NCBI GenBank assembly: GCA_046758365.1
Contig: JBHIAC010000005.1
Location: forward strand, 1-64,000
Reading direction: 5' to 3'
DNA: 64,000 nucleotides
Source of the DNA: a bacterium
GTDB taxonomy: Bacteria; Zhuqueibacterota; Zhuqueibacteria; Oceanimicrobiales; Oceanimicrobiaceae
Shown here: positions 50,912-60,070 of the stretch, in pieces
Numbering within the stretch: the first letter of the stretch is position 1
How the letters are laid out: each line of letters starts with the position of its first letter
The notes under the pieces: generated by a model
The model's input: the letters and a program-made list of their open reading frames with translations, nothing else
What the model was told of the DNA's origin: nothing
Database searches by the model: none
Translations under genes and position numbers: made by a program

Positions 50912-52225
50912 TTACTGATAGAGCTGATTATACTCTTTGAGAATGCGATTTGCCTCTTTTGCCGCTTGGTCCAGTGCTTCTTTTGGTGTTCGGGCCCCCT
51001 GGAATGCTTTTTCTAGTGCACTGTCTACGATGTCCCTGATCTGAACAAAATTCCCTAGAAGGACGCCTTGGGATTGTGGTGTGTTGTTCCCAGACAGAAT
51101 TTGCAAAAAGGCTGTAAGGTGGTTAGGATGTTTGGAAAACCACCCTTCATCAAGGAGTTTCTTAACTGCGCTGATAGTCAAAGGGAAGTAGCCAGTTTCT
51201 TGGTGCCATTGTTTGGCTACTTCCGGCTGGATTAGCCAGCGCAGGAATTGCCATATAGCCTTTAGTTCTTTCTCTGATGAACCCTTCATCACCCAGATGG
51301 TGGCACCACCAATAACTGAGTTTCCCCGATCATACCCTTCTAAACGGGGAAGAAATGAGGTCCCTACCTCAAATTTGGCGGCTTTTTCGATAGAGGCAAC
51401 AGAAGAAGTTGATTGAATTAGCATGGCAATCTGGCCGGAGAGGAAAGCCTTATTTGCTGAATATTCGCGTCCCCCGTAAATGAAGATTTTATTGCGAGCC
51501 CACTGTACCCATTGTTCCAGGACTTTTACCCCGAACGTACGATTAAAAAGCACCTCAGTCGCTCTGCCGTCGCGACCATTGGAATTATTGGTGTAGAATT
51601 GATTGTGGAGTGCATGCATCTGTTCAAAGACCCAGGCCGGCCAGCCGAAAGAAAGCACATTGGGAGTGACCTCACTCTCTATAATCTTTCTACCCATTTC
51701 ACTCATCTCCTTATATGAGGTAGGAGGATGATTGGGATCAAGTCCCGCATTTTTGAAAAGATCCTTATTGTAATAGAGTATGGCTGTGGATGAGTTAAAA
51801 GGCATGGAGTAGAGTTTTCCTTTGACTGAATAGTAGTTTCGGATCGGGATTATCACATCGCCCCAATCAATATCACCCGGTTTGGCGAGCTCAAATACTG
51901 GAACAAACGCTCTACTATCAAGCAGGGTCTGTGTACCTACTTCATAGGCTTGAAAGATATGTGGAGGATTACCAGCTCTAGTAGCAGAAATAGCTTTCGT
52001 CATCGTTTCCGCATATGAGCCTGTGAATTGAGCTTGCACTTCTATATTAGGATGGTCGCTGTTGAATCGTTTGATCAAGTTATCCACTGCCTTGAGACGA
52101 CTCCCGCTCATAGCATGCCAGAATTTGATTTTTATCTTCTCCTGAGCCTGAATTTGCATGACCAATAAAATGAACTGCATCAACCAGAACGTCAGCAGTC
52201 CAGATGACATTTTTATCTTTACCAT
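50912..52225 (-). CDS. ugpB: UgpB-like ABC substrate-binding protein
   Basis: Signal peptide; FWHAMSG, YEVGT, SMPFNSST.ILYYNKD, IGGA.IW, WHQ.TGY. Confidence 0.8.
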   Translation of the reverse strand: MVKIKMSSGLLTFWLMQFILLVMQIQAQEKIKIKFWHAMSGSRLKAVDNLIKRFNSDHPNIEVQAQFTGSYAETMTKAISATRAGNPPHIFQAYEVGTQTLLDSRAFVPVFELAKPGDIDWGDVIIPIRNYYSVKGKLYSMPFNSSTAILYYNKDLFKNAGLDPNHPPTSYKEMSEMGRKIIESEVTPNVLSFGWPAWVFEQMHALHNQFYTNNSNGRDGRATEVLFNRTFGVKVLEQWVQWARNKIFIYGGREYSANKAFLSGQIAMLIQSTSSVASIEKAAKFEVGTSFLPRLEGYDRGNSVIGGATIWVMKGSSEKELKAIWQFLRWLIQPEVAKQWHQETGYFPLTISAVKKLLDEGWFSKHPNHLTAFLQILSGNNTPQSQGVLLGNFVQIRDIVDSALEKAFQGARTPKEALDQAAKEANRILKEYNQLYQ

Positions 52226-52236
52226 AAATTTTCTCC

Positions 52237-53826
52237 TTATTTTGATATTTTAGCTAGTTCTTGAACAAGACCGCGACGTTCTGCTTCGCGGCGAACTGGT
52301 CCCCACCAGCCTAACGGCCGTGACATCACATAATATTTAACCAAATGGTTCATATTCTCTGGTTTGGTTAATAGCGTAATGGGAATATAGATAAACGCAC
52401 CGAGCAGCATGAGCAGCCAAAACTGTTGATAATCTTGCAACTCCGGCAGGACTCTAAACGCAGGTAAAATCCAAACTACTAACCAACTGAGGCCAAGATT
52501 AGCGATCCATGAAGATAGATATCCCCAGGCATTGAAACGCCACCAGAGAACCTGCAGGATGTTCGGCAGCCAGATGCCAGCCGTCATGATCCATAGTGCA
52601 AAGATGAGCCACTTGGTAATTTCCTCCATCATTAGGCCGTAAACAAATGAGCCCACTAAGATGACGAGAGTTGAAAAGCGGCCAACCCAGACAAGATTCT
52701 TCTCCGTAGCGTCTGGGTTGACATAGTGTTGGTAAAGATCGCGAGTGGCATACATGGCGCCAAGGTTAAGCACAGATGAGATAGTAGAGAGGTGGATGGC
52801 CAGAATTGCTGCAAAAAAGAAGCCCACCATACCAACCGGTAGATAATCAAAGCCGAGACGAAACCAACCCATCTCGTACTCAGAGGCTTTTTCAATATTA
52901 GGAAATAAAACGAAAAAACCAAGGATGGCTGCAGCCCAAATGGAATTGCGTATAAGAACAAAGGCGGTGCCCCACCAAATACTGTAACTTGCATCGCGCA
53001 CAGTCTTTGCAGATTGAATGCGCTGAGCTTCCAGGTACCAGTCGATGCTTGTACCCATGCCAAAGCCACCGAGCACAGCGATAAAGAGCATGGTGATAAA
53101 CCAGATTACAGGAAAGTCTCCACTAAACCAACCCGTAAAAGCAAATGGGTTCAAACGCCATGACTCACCCATGTCGGTAAGTTTGGAGACAATGGCTTCC
53201 GGCCCTCCTGCGGCAATGATGCCCCAAACCGATGCGATGAGGATAACCGACAGAGCAATTACTCCCTGCTGGAAATCAGCCATTACCACGCCCCAGTAGC
53301 CAGCAGCTAAAACATAAATAGCACAGATCGAGGAAAAAACAACTAAACCAATCCAGATATCCCATCCGAAGATAAGATTGCAGACCTTGCCCATGGCGAT
53401 ACCTACCCAACCAATGTTGAACATAGTCTGAAATACTTGCCAACCAGCGAACCAGCCACGTAGAAGTTCAGCGCCCAAACCGCCATAACGCAAAGTATTC
53501 CACTCTGCCTGGGTGTAGGCTAGCGAACGTCGGAAGATGCGCGTGGAAACAAAGGCACTGATGGCGCACCACGCCGGAAAAAAGGTATACCAGATACCAG
53601 CCAGGCCGTAGCGATAAATCACGCCTGTCACCCACATGGGCGTGTCGGTTGCGGTATGGGTAGCGTAAACGGATGAAGCGGGTAACCACCAAGGGAGTCC
53701 ACGTCCAGCCAGAAAAAAGTCGGATTCAGATCTCTTACCCAGCCGATAGAAAAGCACGCCACAGCCGATCATCAGCACAAGGTAAAGTATGATCCATATC
53801 CAGTCCAGAAAAGCAAATACAGCCAT
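52237..53826 (-). CDS. sodium:solute symporter family protein (copy 2)
   Basis: DFFLAGRGLPWW, GVVMADFQQ, AQRIQSAK; many TMs; near-identical to 55575..57197. Confidence 0.9.
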   Translation of the reverse strand: MAVFAFLDWIWIILYLVLMIGCGVLFYRLGKRSESDFFLAGRGLPWWLPASSVYATHTATDTPMWVTGVIYRYGLAGIWYTFFPAWCAISAFVSTRIFRRSLAYTQAEWNTLRYGGLGAELLRGWFAGWQVFQTMFNIGWVGIAMGKVCNLIFGWDIWIGLVVFSSICAIYVLAAGYWGVVMADFQQGVIALSVILIASVWGIIAAGGPEAIVSKLTDMGESWRLNPFAFTGWFSGDFPVIWFITMLFIAVLGGFGMGTSIDWYLEAQRIQSAKTVRDASYSIWWGTAFVLIRNSIWAAAILGFFVLFPNIEKASEYEMGWFRLGFDYLPVGMVGFFFAAILAIHLSTISSVLNLGAMYATRDLYQHYVNPDATEKNLVWVGRFSTLVILVGSFVYGLMMEEITKWLIFALWIMTAGIWLPNILQVLWWRFNAWGYLSSWIANLGLSWLVVWILPAFRVLPELQDYQQFWLLMLLGAFIYIPITLLTKPENMNHLVKYYVMSRPLGWWGPVRREAERRGLVQELAKISK

Positions 53827-53963
53827 TTCTCCCTCCTAGCGGTGTAGCCAAAAAGTCGACTTTTAGGACGTTGGTAATACAACCTACGTCCTGTATATCC
53901 TACGTGGCCTGCTATTAATTTCAAAAAATTGAGGTTTACAGTACTCTGCAATTTTGATTGCCT

Positions 53964-54965
53964 TCATACTGGCTTTACTTCTAACATTTTGACTACTTCT
54001 GGGCGATTGAGTGCTGCCATCAGGGCAGCTACATCGCCAAGGCGTTTTCCCAACGCTGCCGGCAGCACTTCACATGCACCAACCGCCTGCGGCAAGGCCT
54101 CCTCGGCCAACACACGCCGGGCCGAAGCTAATACTCGCTCACCTAGTACTACCGCCAGTGAGCCAAGCACAATTATCTGAGGGTTTAGTGCGTCTATCAA
54201 GAGCGCCATACCACGGCCTAGCCAGGTTCCCACATCAGCGGCTACCATCAATGCCTCAGGGTCTTCTACCAACACCGCGTTGACTAGATCGTAAATTGTT
54301 GTTTCAGCAGACCAGCGATTTGGAAACATTTGGCACGCCAGTTGAACCATCCCGGCCCCCGAGGCAAAACCTTCCCATGAGCCCGCCTTTCCATAGCCGA
54401 CCGGTCCTTCCTGTGCTAGCCGGAAATGCCCGACCTCACCGGCGGTGTCAGTTACACCGTGTACAATTTCACCGTTGATAATCAGTCCAGCTCCCAAACC
54501 TGTACCAAAGGTCAAAAAAATGAGATGGCGCAGGTCTCGCTTGTTCCGCCCTACCCCAAATTGAAACTCCGCCAACGCTCCTGCATTGCCATCGTGTTCG
54601 ATGTAAACCGGCAAACCCGAAAATCGATTAGCTAACAAATCCATTAGTCGGACATTATGCCAACCGGGCAGATGTGGTGGATTCAGCAGTACCCCTTCCT
54701 TAATACTCAGCGGTCCGCCAATAGACACACTCAGCGCAACCACTTGACGCCCCGAACGCCCTGCTTTTTCGATTGCACGTTCTATGCATTTGGCAATCTG
54801 TGGGAAAAATTGATCGAACGGCCGATGTCCTTCCGTAGCCATCTCGAAGCGTTGCAAAATCTGGGCATCCCGCGTACCCTCGACTACCGCAGTTTTCGTA
54901 CCCCCCACGTCCAGCCCCAACACCGTATAATTCCGAGCTGGCTGTCTAGATAATGACGAAACCAT
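53964..54965 (-). CDS. ROK family sugar kinase
   Basis: GLDVGGTKT, HDGNAGALAE, GTGLGAG, AGEVGH, GSWE; no N-terminal HTH. Confidence 0.9.
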   Translation of the reverse strand: MVSSLSRQPARNYTVLGLDVGGTKTAVVEGTRDAQILQRFEMATEGHRPFDQFFPQIAKCIERAIEKAGRSGRQVVALSVSIGGPLSIKEGVLLNPPHLPGWHNVRLMDLLANRFSGLPVYIEHDGNAGALAEFQFGVGRNKRDLRHLIFLTFGTGLGAGLIINGEIVHGVTDTAGEVGHFRLAQEGPVGYGKAGSWEGFASGAGMVQLACQMFPNRWSAETTIYDLVNAVLVEDPEALMVAADVGTWLGRGMALLIDALNPQIIVLGSLAVVLGERVLASARRVLAEEALPQAVGACEVLPAALGKRLGDVAALMAALNRPEVVKMLEVKPV

Positions 54966-55050
54966 TGTACCTCTTCATTAAATTGCCACTGTTTTTAGCT
55001 GATTCAAACCTGTCTCATTGAATTCCTATCACCGCTATCCTATTTTAAAT

Positions 55051-55185
55051 CTATTTACGTGAAAAATGCCGATACAACATCCACGTCAACACTAAAGAGA
55101 TGATTAGAATGACTCCGGGTATGATTACCCCCAGAATGGGGCTGCCCACCCGTGCAGTTTCTATTAATAGTATAACGGCTTTCAT
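55051..55185 (-). CDS. small single-TM protein, 44 aa (not in ORF track)
   Basis: Hand translation MKAVILLIETARVGSPILGVIIPGVILIISLVLTWMLYRHFSRK; ATGA overlap with the upstream ORF stop. Confidence 0.65.
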   Translation of the reverse strand: MKAVILLIETARVGSPILGVIIPGVILIISLVLTWMLYRHFSRK

Positions 55186-55301
55186 TTCTTTTCTTCCTTA
55201 CGATGATGTTTTCGATAAGAAATCCAGGCAAGAATCAACCCTAGAAACGATGCAAAGTAGGCAATCGACATGCCGATTACCATGGCAAATCCCTCATTCA
55301 T
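55182..55301 (-). CDS. small single-TM protein, 39 aa (not in ORF track)
   Basis: Hand translation MNEGFAMVIGMSIAYFASFLGLILAWISYRKHHRKEEKK; ATGA overlap with the stop of the 98-aa ORF. Confidence 0.65.
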   Translation of the reverse strand: MNEGFAMVIGMSIAYFASFLGLILAWISYRKHHRKEEKK

Positions 55302-55594
55302 TTCGATTCCTCCCAGCGAACTGATTTTTCAAGTTCTGCGAGATATTCTTTTTGGTGTTTTTCATATTCTCTTGATAGTACTTTCAATTTTGGATCAATG
55401 ACCCAGTGCATTAGAATGGTGAGACCAATGGCGATTGCCAGAATCAAAAAGCCCCACCACAGGAGAAGGAAACTCAATGCTACGCCAATTGTTAGGGTTA
55501 GATAGGCCAGTGGAGAAAGCACAATTGCAATCCAGTCCTCCCTAGTCCACTCATCAGCCGCAATTGGTGTCCACTTACGTCGAATCCAAGCCAT
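55298..55594 (-). CDS. small two-TM membrane protein associated with the SSS transporter
   Basis: RBS GGAGG inside the SSS 3' end; two hydrophobic helices and a charged C-terminal tail. Confidence 0.75.
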   Translation of the reverse strand: MAWIRRKWTPIAADEWTREDWIAIVLSPLAYLTLTIGVALSFLLLWWGFLILAIAIGLTILMHWVIDPKLKVLSREYEKHQKEYLAELEKSVRWEESK

Positions 55595-57197
55595 TTTTTG
55601 CCCTCCTTAATTTTGATATCTTAGCCAGCTCCTGGATGAGGCCACGACGTTCGGCTTCACGGCGAACGGGTCCCCACCAACCAAGTGAACGTGACATGAC
55701 ATAATAGTTGACCAAATGGTCCATATTTTCTGGTTTGGTTAATAAAGTAACGGGAATATATATCATCGCACCGAGCAGCATGAGCAACCAAAACTGCTGA
55801 TAATCTTGTAGTTCCGGCAGTATGCCGAACGCCGGCAAAACCCACACAACTAACCAACTTAGACCAAGGTTAGCAATCCATGATGATAGGTATCCCCAGG
55901 CATTGAACCGCCACCAGACTACTTGTAGAATATTGGGCAACCAAATACCGGCAGCCATAAGCCAAAGAGCAAAGATGAGCCAGTTGGTAATTTCCTCCAT
56001 CATAAGACCATACACCATGGAGCCTAGCAAAAGGATGAAAGTTGAAATTCGGCCACACCAGATCAAGTTTTTCTCTGAAGCGTTTGATTTGACGTAGTGT
56101 TGGTAGAGATCGCGGGTAGCATACATAGCCCCAAGATTAAGGTGCGTCGAAATGGTGGAGAGGTGGATGGCCAGAATGGCAGCAAAAAAGAATCCCACCA
56201 TTCCTGCCGGCAGGTAATCAAAGCCAAGACGAAACCAACCTAACTCGTATTCGGAGGCGTTTTCAATATTAGGAAATAACACAAAAAATCCAAGAATTGC
56301 CACAGCCCATACGGAGTTGCGAATGAGTACTAAGGCCGTACCCCACCAGATACTGTAGCTGGCATCACGGACGGTCTTGGCTGACTGAATCCGCTGCGCC
56401 TCCGCATACCAATCAATGCTAGTGCCCATGCCAAAGCCACCAAGCACAGCGATGATAATCATGGTGAGAAACCAGGCTACTGGAAAATCTCCACTAATCC
56501 AACCAGTAAAAGCAAAAGGATTTAAACGCCAAGACTCGCCCATCTTGGCTAACTTAGAAACGATAGCTCCAGATCCGCCTGCGGCTATAATTCCCCAAAT
56601 CGATACGATAAAAATTACCGAAAGGGCCACCAGGCCTTGCTGAAAATCAGCCATCACCACGCCCCAGTAGCCAGCCGCTAATACATAAATTGCACAAATT
56701 GAGGAAAAAACTACCAGTCCGATCCAGGTATCCCAACCGAAGGCCAGGTTGCAGACTTTGCCCATAGCGATGCCGACCCAGCCCAGAATAAACATGTTCA
56801 TGAAAACCTGCCACCCTGCAATCCAGCCACGTAGCAGCTCCGCTCCTAGTCCACCAAAACGCAAAGTGTTCCACTCTGCTTGGGTATAGGCAAGCGAGCG
56901 TCGAAAGATGCGGGTGGAAACAAAGGCACTGATGGCGCACCACGCGGAAAAGAAGGTATACCAAATACCTGCAAGACCATACCGATAAATTACACCGGTC
57001 ACCCATATTGGCGTATCAGTAGCCGTATGTGTGGCGTAGACAGATGAAGCAGGTAACCACCAAGGGAGTCCACGACCGGCCAGAAAAAAATCAGCTTCCG
57101 AGCGTTCTCCAAGCCGATAAAATAGCACGCCACAGACTATCATCAGCACAAGGTAAAGTATGACCCACATCCAGTCGAGAAAACCGAAAACAGCCAT
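55575..57197 (-). CDS. sodium:solute symporter family protein (copy 1)
   Basis: DFFLAGRGLPWW, GVVMADFQQ, AQRIQSAK; RBS GGAGGGAG. Confidence 0.9.
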   Translation of the reverse strand: MAVFGFLDWMWVILYLVLMIVCGVLFYRLGERSEADFFLAGRGLPWWLPASSVYATHTATDTPIWVTGVIYRYGLAGIWYTFFSAWCAISAFVSTRIFRRSLAYTQAEWNTLRFGGLGAELLRGWIAGWQVFMNMFILGWVGIAMGKVCNLAFGWDTWIGLVVFSSICAIYVLAAGYWGVVMADFQQGLVALSVIFIVSIWGIIAAGGSGAIVSKLAKMGESWRLNPFAFTGWISGDFPVAWFLTMIIIAVLGGFGMGTSIDWYAEAQRIQSAKTVRDASYSIWWGTALVLIRNSVWAVAILGFFVLFPNIENASEYELGWFRLGFDYLPAGMVGFFFAAILAIHLSTISTHLNLGAMYATRDLYQHYVKSNASEKNLIWCGRISTFILLLGSMVYGLMMEEITNWLIFALWLMAAGIWLPNILQVVWWRFNAWGYLSSWIANLGLSWLVVWVLPAFGILPELQDYQQFWLLMLLGAMIYIPVTLLTKPENMDHLVNYYVMSRSLGWWGPVRREAERRGLIQELAKISKLRRAKNGLDST

Positions 57198-57237
57198 TAC
57201 TCCCTCCTACGTTTTGCTTGTATGTCTATAAATCCTT

Positions 57238-57265
57238 ATTTTAAAAAATTTTGTATAAATGTCAA
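57238..57265 (-). promoter_or_regulatory. putative promoter of the SSS-ROK-ugp-egsA run
   Basis: TTGACA (57265-57260), 16 bp, TAAAAT (57243-57238). Confidence 0.45.
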
Positions 57266-57466
57266 GCTCAAAGTGAAGAATTTTTGATGCATTATCAAAA
57301 TCTCAACGAATATGTAAATATATTCATATTGCTTTTCTAAAAAAATATCTTTAAAATTAAACCAATTATCAAAACAGAAATGTTTGACATATAGTTTAAT
57401 GGCAGATCGGCATAAAATTCAAGTTACTTCAATTAGAAAATAAATCTTATAAAGTAGGAGAATGAT

Positions 57467-58264
57467 ATGAAAAATTACATGATTGTTTGTATGTTTACTT
57501 TCTTATTATTTGGTATATTTGCCTGTCAGGGTGGCAATAAACAGTCCAGCAAACAAGTAATCGTTACTGCGCATAGGGGAGCTTCTGGTTTGGCACCCGA
57601 AAATACCATAGCTGCCATGCTCAAAGCCATGGAGATTGGAGCGGATTACGCAGAATTGGATGTTCAGGAAATTGCAGATAGTAGTTTAATATTATTTCAC
57701 GATTTAACTCTGGAACGCACAACAAATGCAACGGGTAATATTTGGGAAATGACCTTAAAGAATCTGCAAGGTGTGGATGCGGGCTCGTGGTTTGATGCAG
57801 ATTATGCCGGTGAACCCATTCCAACCTTAGAATCGGTGATTGATACGGTACACGGTAAAATGAAATTAAATATCGAATTGAAGATGAATGGACACGAGAA
57901 ATCCTTAGTAGAGCAGGTGGTTAATTTAGTTCTGGAAAAAAATTTTATGCCTGAATGCATAATTACTTCATTTGACCGCGAAGCTGTCCGTAAAGTAAAA
58001 CAACTCAATCCGTCGATTAAAACTGGCTATATTTTTCGTAACATGCCAGAGGAGGATATATTTAATGCTGAATTTGATCTGTTTAGCATTAAGAAAAATA
58101 TGGTCAACGAAGAATTTGTGAAAAAGGCTCACCGACACAGCAAAGAAGTCCATGTGTGGACAGTCAATGATGCAGAAGAAATGCGTAATCTGATTTCGTA
58201 TGGTGTGGATGCGATCATTACAGATCGCCCAGATATTTTATTGGGAATAATAAGACAACAGTAA
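57467..58264 (+). CDS. glycerophosphodiester phosphodiesterase (lipoprotein)
   Basis: Lipobox IFAC; AHRGAS..APENT, ELDVQ, FHD, NIELK, WTVN, IITDRP. Confidence 0.92.
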   Translation: MKNYMIVCMFTFLLFGIFACQGGNKQSSKQVIVTAHRGASGLAPENTIAAMLKAMEIGADYAELDVQEIADSSLILFHDLTLERTTNATGNIWEMTLKNLQGVDAGSWFDADYAGEPIPTLESVIDTVHGKMKLNIELKMNGHEKSLVEQVVNLVLEKNFMPECIITSFDREAVRKVKQLNPSIKTGYIFRNMPEEDIFNAEFDLFSIKKNMVNEEFVKKAHRHSKEVHVWTVNDAEEMRNLISYGVDAIITDRPDILLGIIRQQ

Positions 58265-58290
58265 AACTTTGTTAGGTCACTATATATAAA

Positions 58291-60003
58291 TTAATTTAGA
58301 GCTTCATATAATACCCTTCCCTCATTGCCTGAAGGAAAAGAAATTCCCAAAATGTATGAAAGTGTGGGTGCCAAATCATTCAATATTACAGGGAAACTGT
58401 AAGTACCTGACTTAAATTGTTTTCCATAAAAAATCAATGGGATGTGTGTATCATAGTCGTAACCGGTTTCATGATCAGCGCCTTTGTTCACGCTATTTTT
58501 ATATGCGCTTATTGTGTAATATGGTTTATTGTAAATTATAAGATCTCCACTCCGTTCTGGATAAAATTGATTGCTAACCCTTTGGGACATTTCATTATCA
58601 GGGAATCTACCAGCTAAAAGTTGTGTTCGGGTAAACACTCCTGCAATGCCTTTAATTTGAGTTAGTGCTTTGGCAGCCACCCTTTCAACTTTGGACAAAT
58701 TTAAGTTTTTATGATTTATTGCTTCGTAATTCAAATAAACATTAGGCTTTATAAATGCTTCCACCCAATTGGCTGACCCATATTTCTGGTCCAGAGCTGA
58801 GTCGACAGTTGTTGGAATAATAATCGAGTCTTCACCTTCCGGGATGGTTTCACTATCAACCCTGCCAGCATCCACTTTGAATCGTGCCATATATTCTGGA
58901 ATAGGACCGCTCCCATGATCAGCGGTCAACAAGATGGCTATGTTACGCAAACCAATTTTAACATCTAAATAGCTAAAAAAAGTTTCCAATACCCGGTCAA
59001 TTCGAAGCACTTGATCCTGCATCTCCGTGCTATAAGGACCGAATTGATGGCCTATTCGGTCCGTAGCGGTAAAACTAATTGTCAAAATATCGGTAACTTC
59101 GTCCTCACCAAGTTTTTCGTTTTCAATGAGTGCATTAGCAAAAGTCGATAAATGCTCATCCGCGAATGGTGATTGAGCGAACGCTTTATAAAAATCAATC
59201 CCAGATTTATCTTGATTACCGTTGATTGTGTGTGGAAAGACAATACCCATACCTTTATAGTCTAATTCGTGCGGAAAGTCATCTTCACGAGCAAGTGTGT
59301 AGGCTTCCTCATCCAATATCTTTTCCCATTTGCGCCCAAAATATCGATCAGGCAATTTCCTGTAATTAAATTCTTGAACCCATTGTAGTAGTTCCTTCAT
59401 GTAGTAACTACTGCTAATGAAATCCCCGCTACTATCATCAAACCAATAAGCCGCGTTGGCTAATTTACCGCTTGTTAGTATTGCGGCCCTGTCTTTATAT
59501 GAAATACCGATAACTTTTGATTTAAAATTGTTAGAAAGCCTGAGTTCATCGCCAACGGTTGTGACCAGTAGATTTTTAGGAGACCGGCCTTCCCTACGAA
59601 CATGATTTTTTACAGGAATTAAAAAAGAATTTGAATCCTCAACACAATTGAACTTTTTATGCAAATTCCTATCCCACCACTCGTTGTCTATTACACCGGC
59701 AGTGTATCCATAAGCACCGGTTAACATAGTCGTATGACCAGGGGCTGTTGAAGTTCGAAAATGATTAATGTGAGCATTGGTAAAATTCGCCCCTTGGTTT
59801 AAGAGTAACTTGAATCCACCGTCTGAAAAATATTGCTCAAATCGAGTTAAATAATCGAACCGGAACGCGTCAATCGCGATGAGAACCACCAATTGGGGTT
59901 TGTTAGATTTGGTGGAGGACGCAAACGATTGACTTATAGAATAAACCAACACGGCTATGATGCAGCCGACAAGTAAGCGTCTTCTTATATCAGACCATCT
60001 CAT
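58291..60003 (-). CDS. alkaline phosphatase family protein (PafA/PhoK-like)
   Basis: Signal peptide; IDAFRFDYL, TAPGHTT (Thr nucleophile), KDRAAIL, TDRIGH.FGP, TADHG, YDTHIPL. Confidence 0.88.
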   Translation of the reverse strand: MRWSDIRRRLLVGCIIAVLVYSISQSFASSTKSNKPQLVVLIAIDAFRFDYLTRFEQYFSDGGFKLLLNQGANFTNAHINHFRTSTAPGHTTMLTGAYGYTAGVIDNEWWDRNLHKKFNCVEDSNSFLIPVKNHVRREGRSPKNLLVTTVGDELRLSNNFKSKVIGISYKDRAAILTSGKLANAAYWFDDSSGDFISSSYYMKELLQWVQEFNYRKLPDRYFGRKWEKILDEEAYTLAREDDFPHELDYKGMGIVFPHTINGNQDKSGIDFYKAFAQSPFADEHLSTFANALIENEKLGEDEVTDILTISFTATDRIGHQFGPYSTEMQDQVLRIDRVLETFFSYLDVKIGLRNIAILLTADHGSGPIPEYMARFKVDAGRVDSETIPEGEDSIIIPTTVDSALDQKYGSANWVEAFIKPNVYLNYEAINHKNLNLSKVERVAAKALTQIKGIAGVFTRTQLLAGRFPDNEMSQRVSNQFYPERSGDLIIYNKPYYTISAYKNSVNKGADHETGYDYDTHIPLIFYGKQFKSGTYSFPVILNDLAPTLSYILGISFPSGNEGRVLYEALN

Positions 60004-60070
60004 TGTTTTTCCTCAATTTAAAATAAGTATTTGTTATGTTCCCCCATAAGAATATTAGAATCTGATGATC

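Noticed and set aside
53964..54965. ROK protein as the island's repressor
   Set aside because: It begins directly with the kinase DxGGT motif and has no HTH domain.
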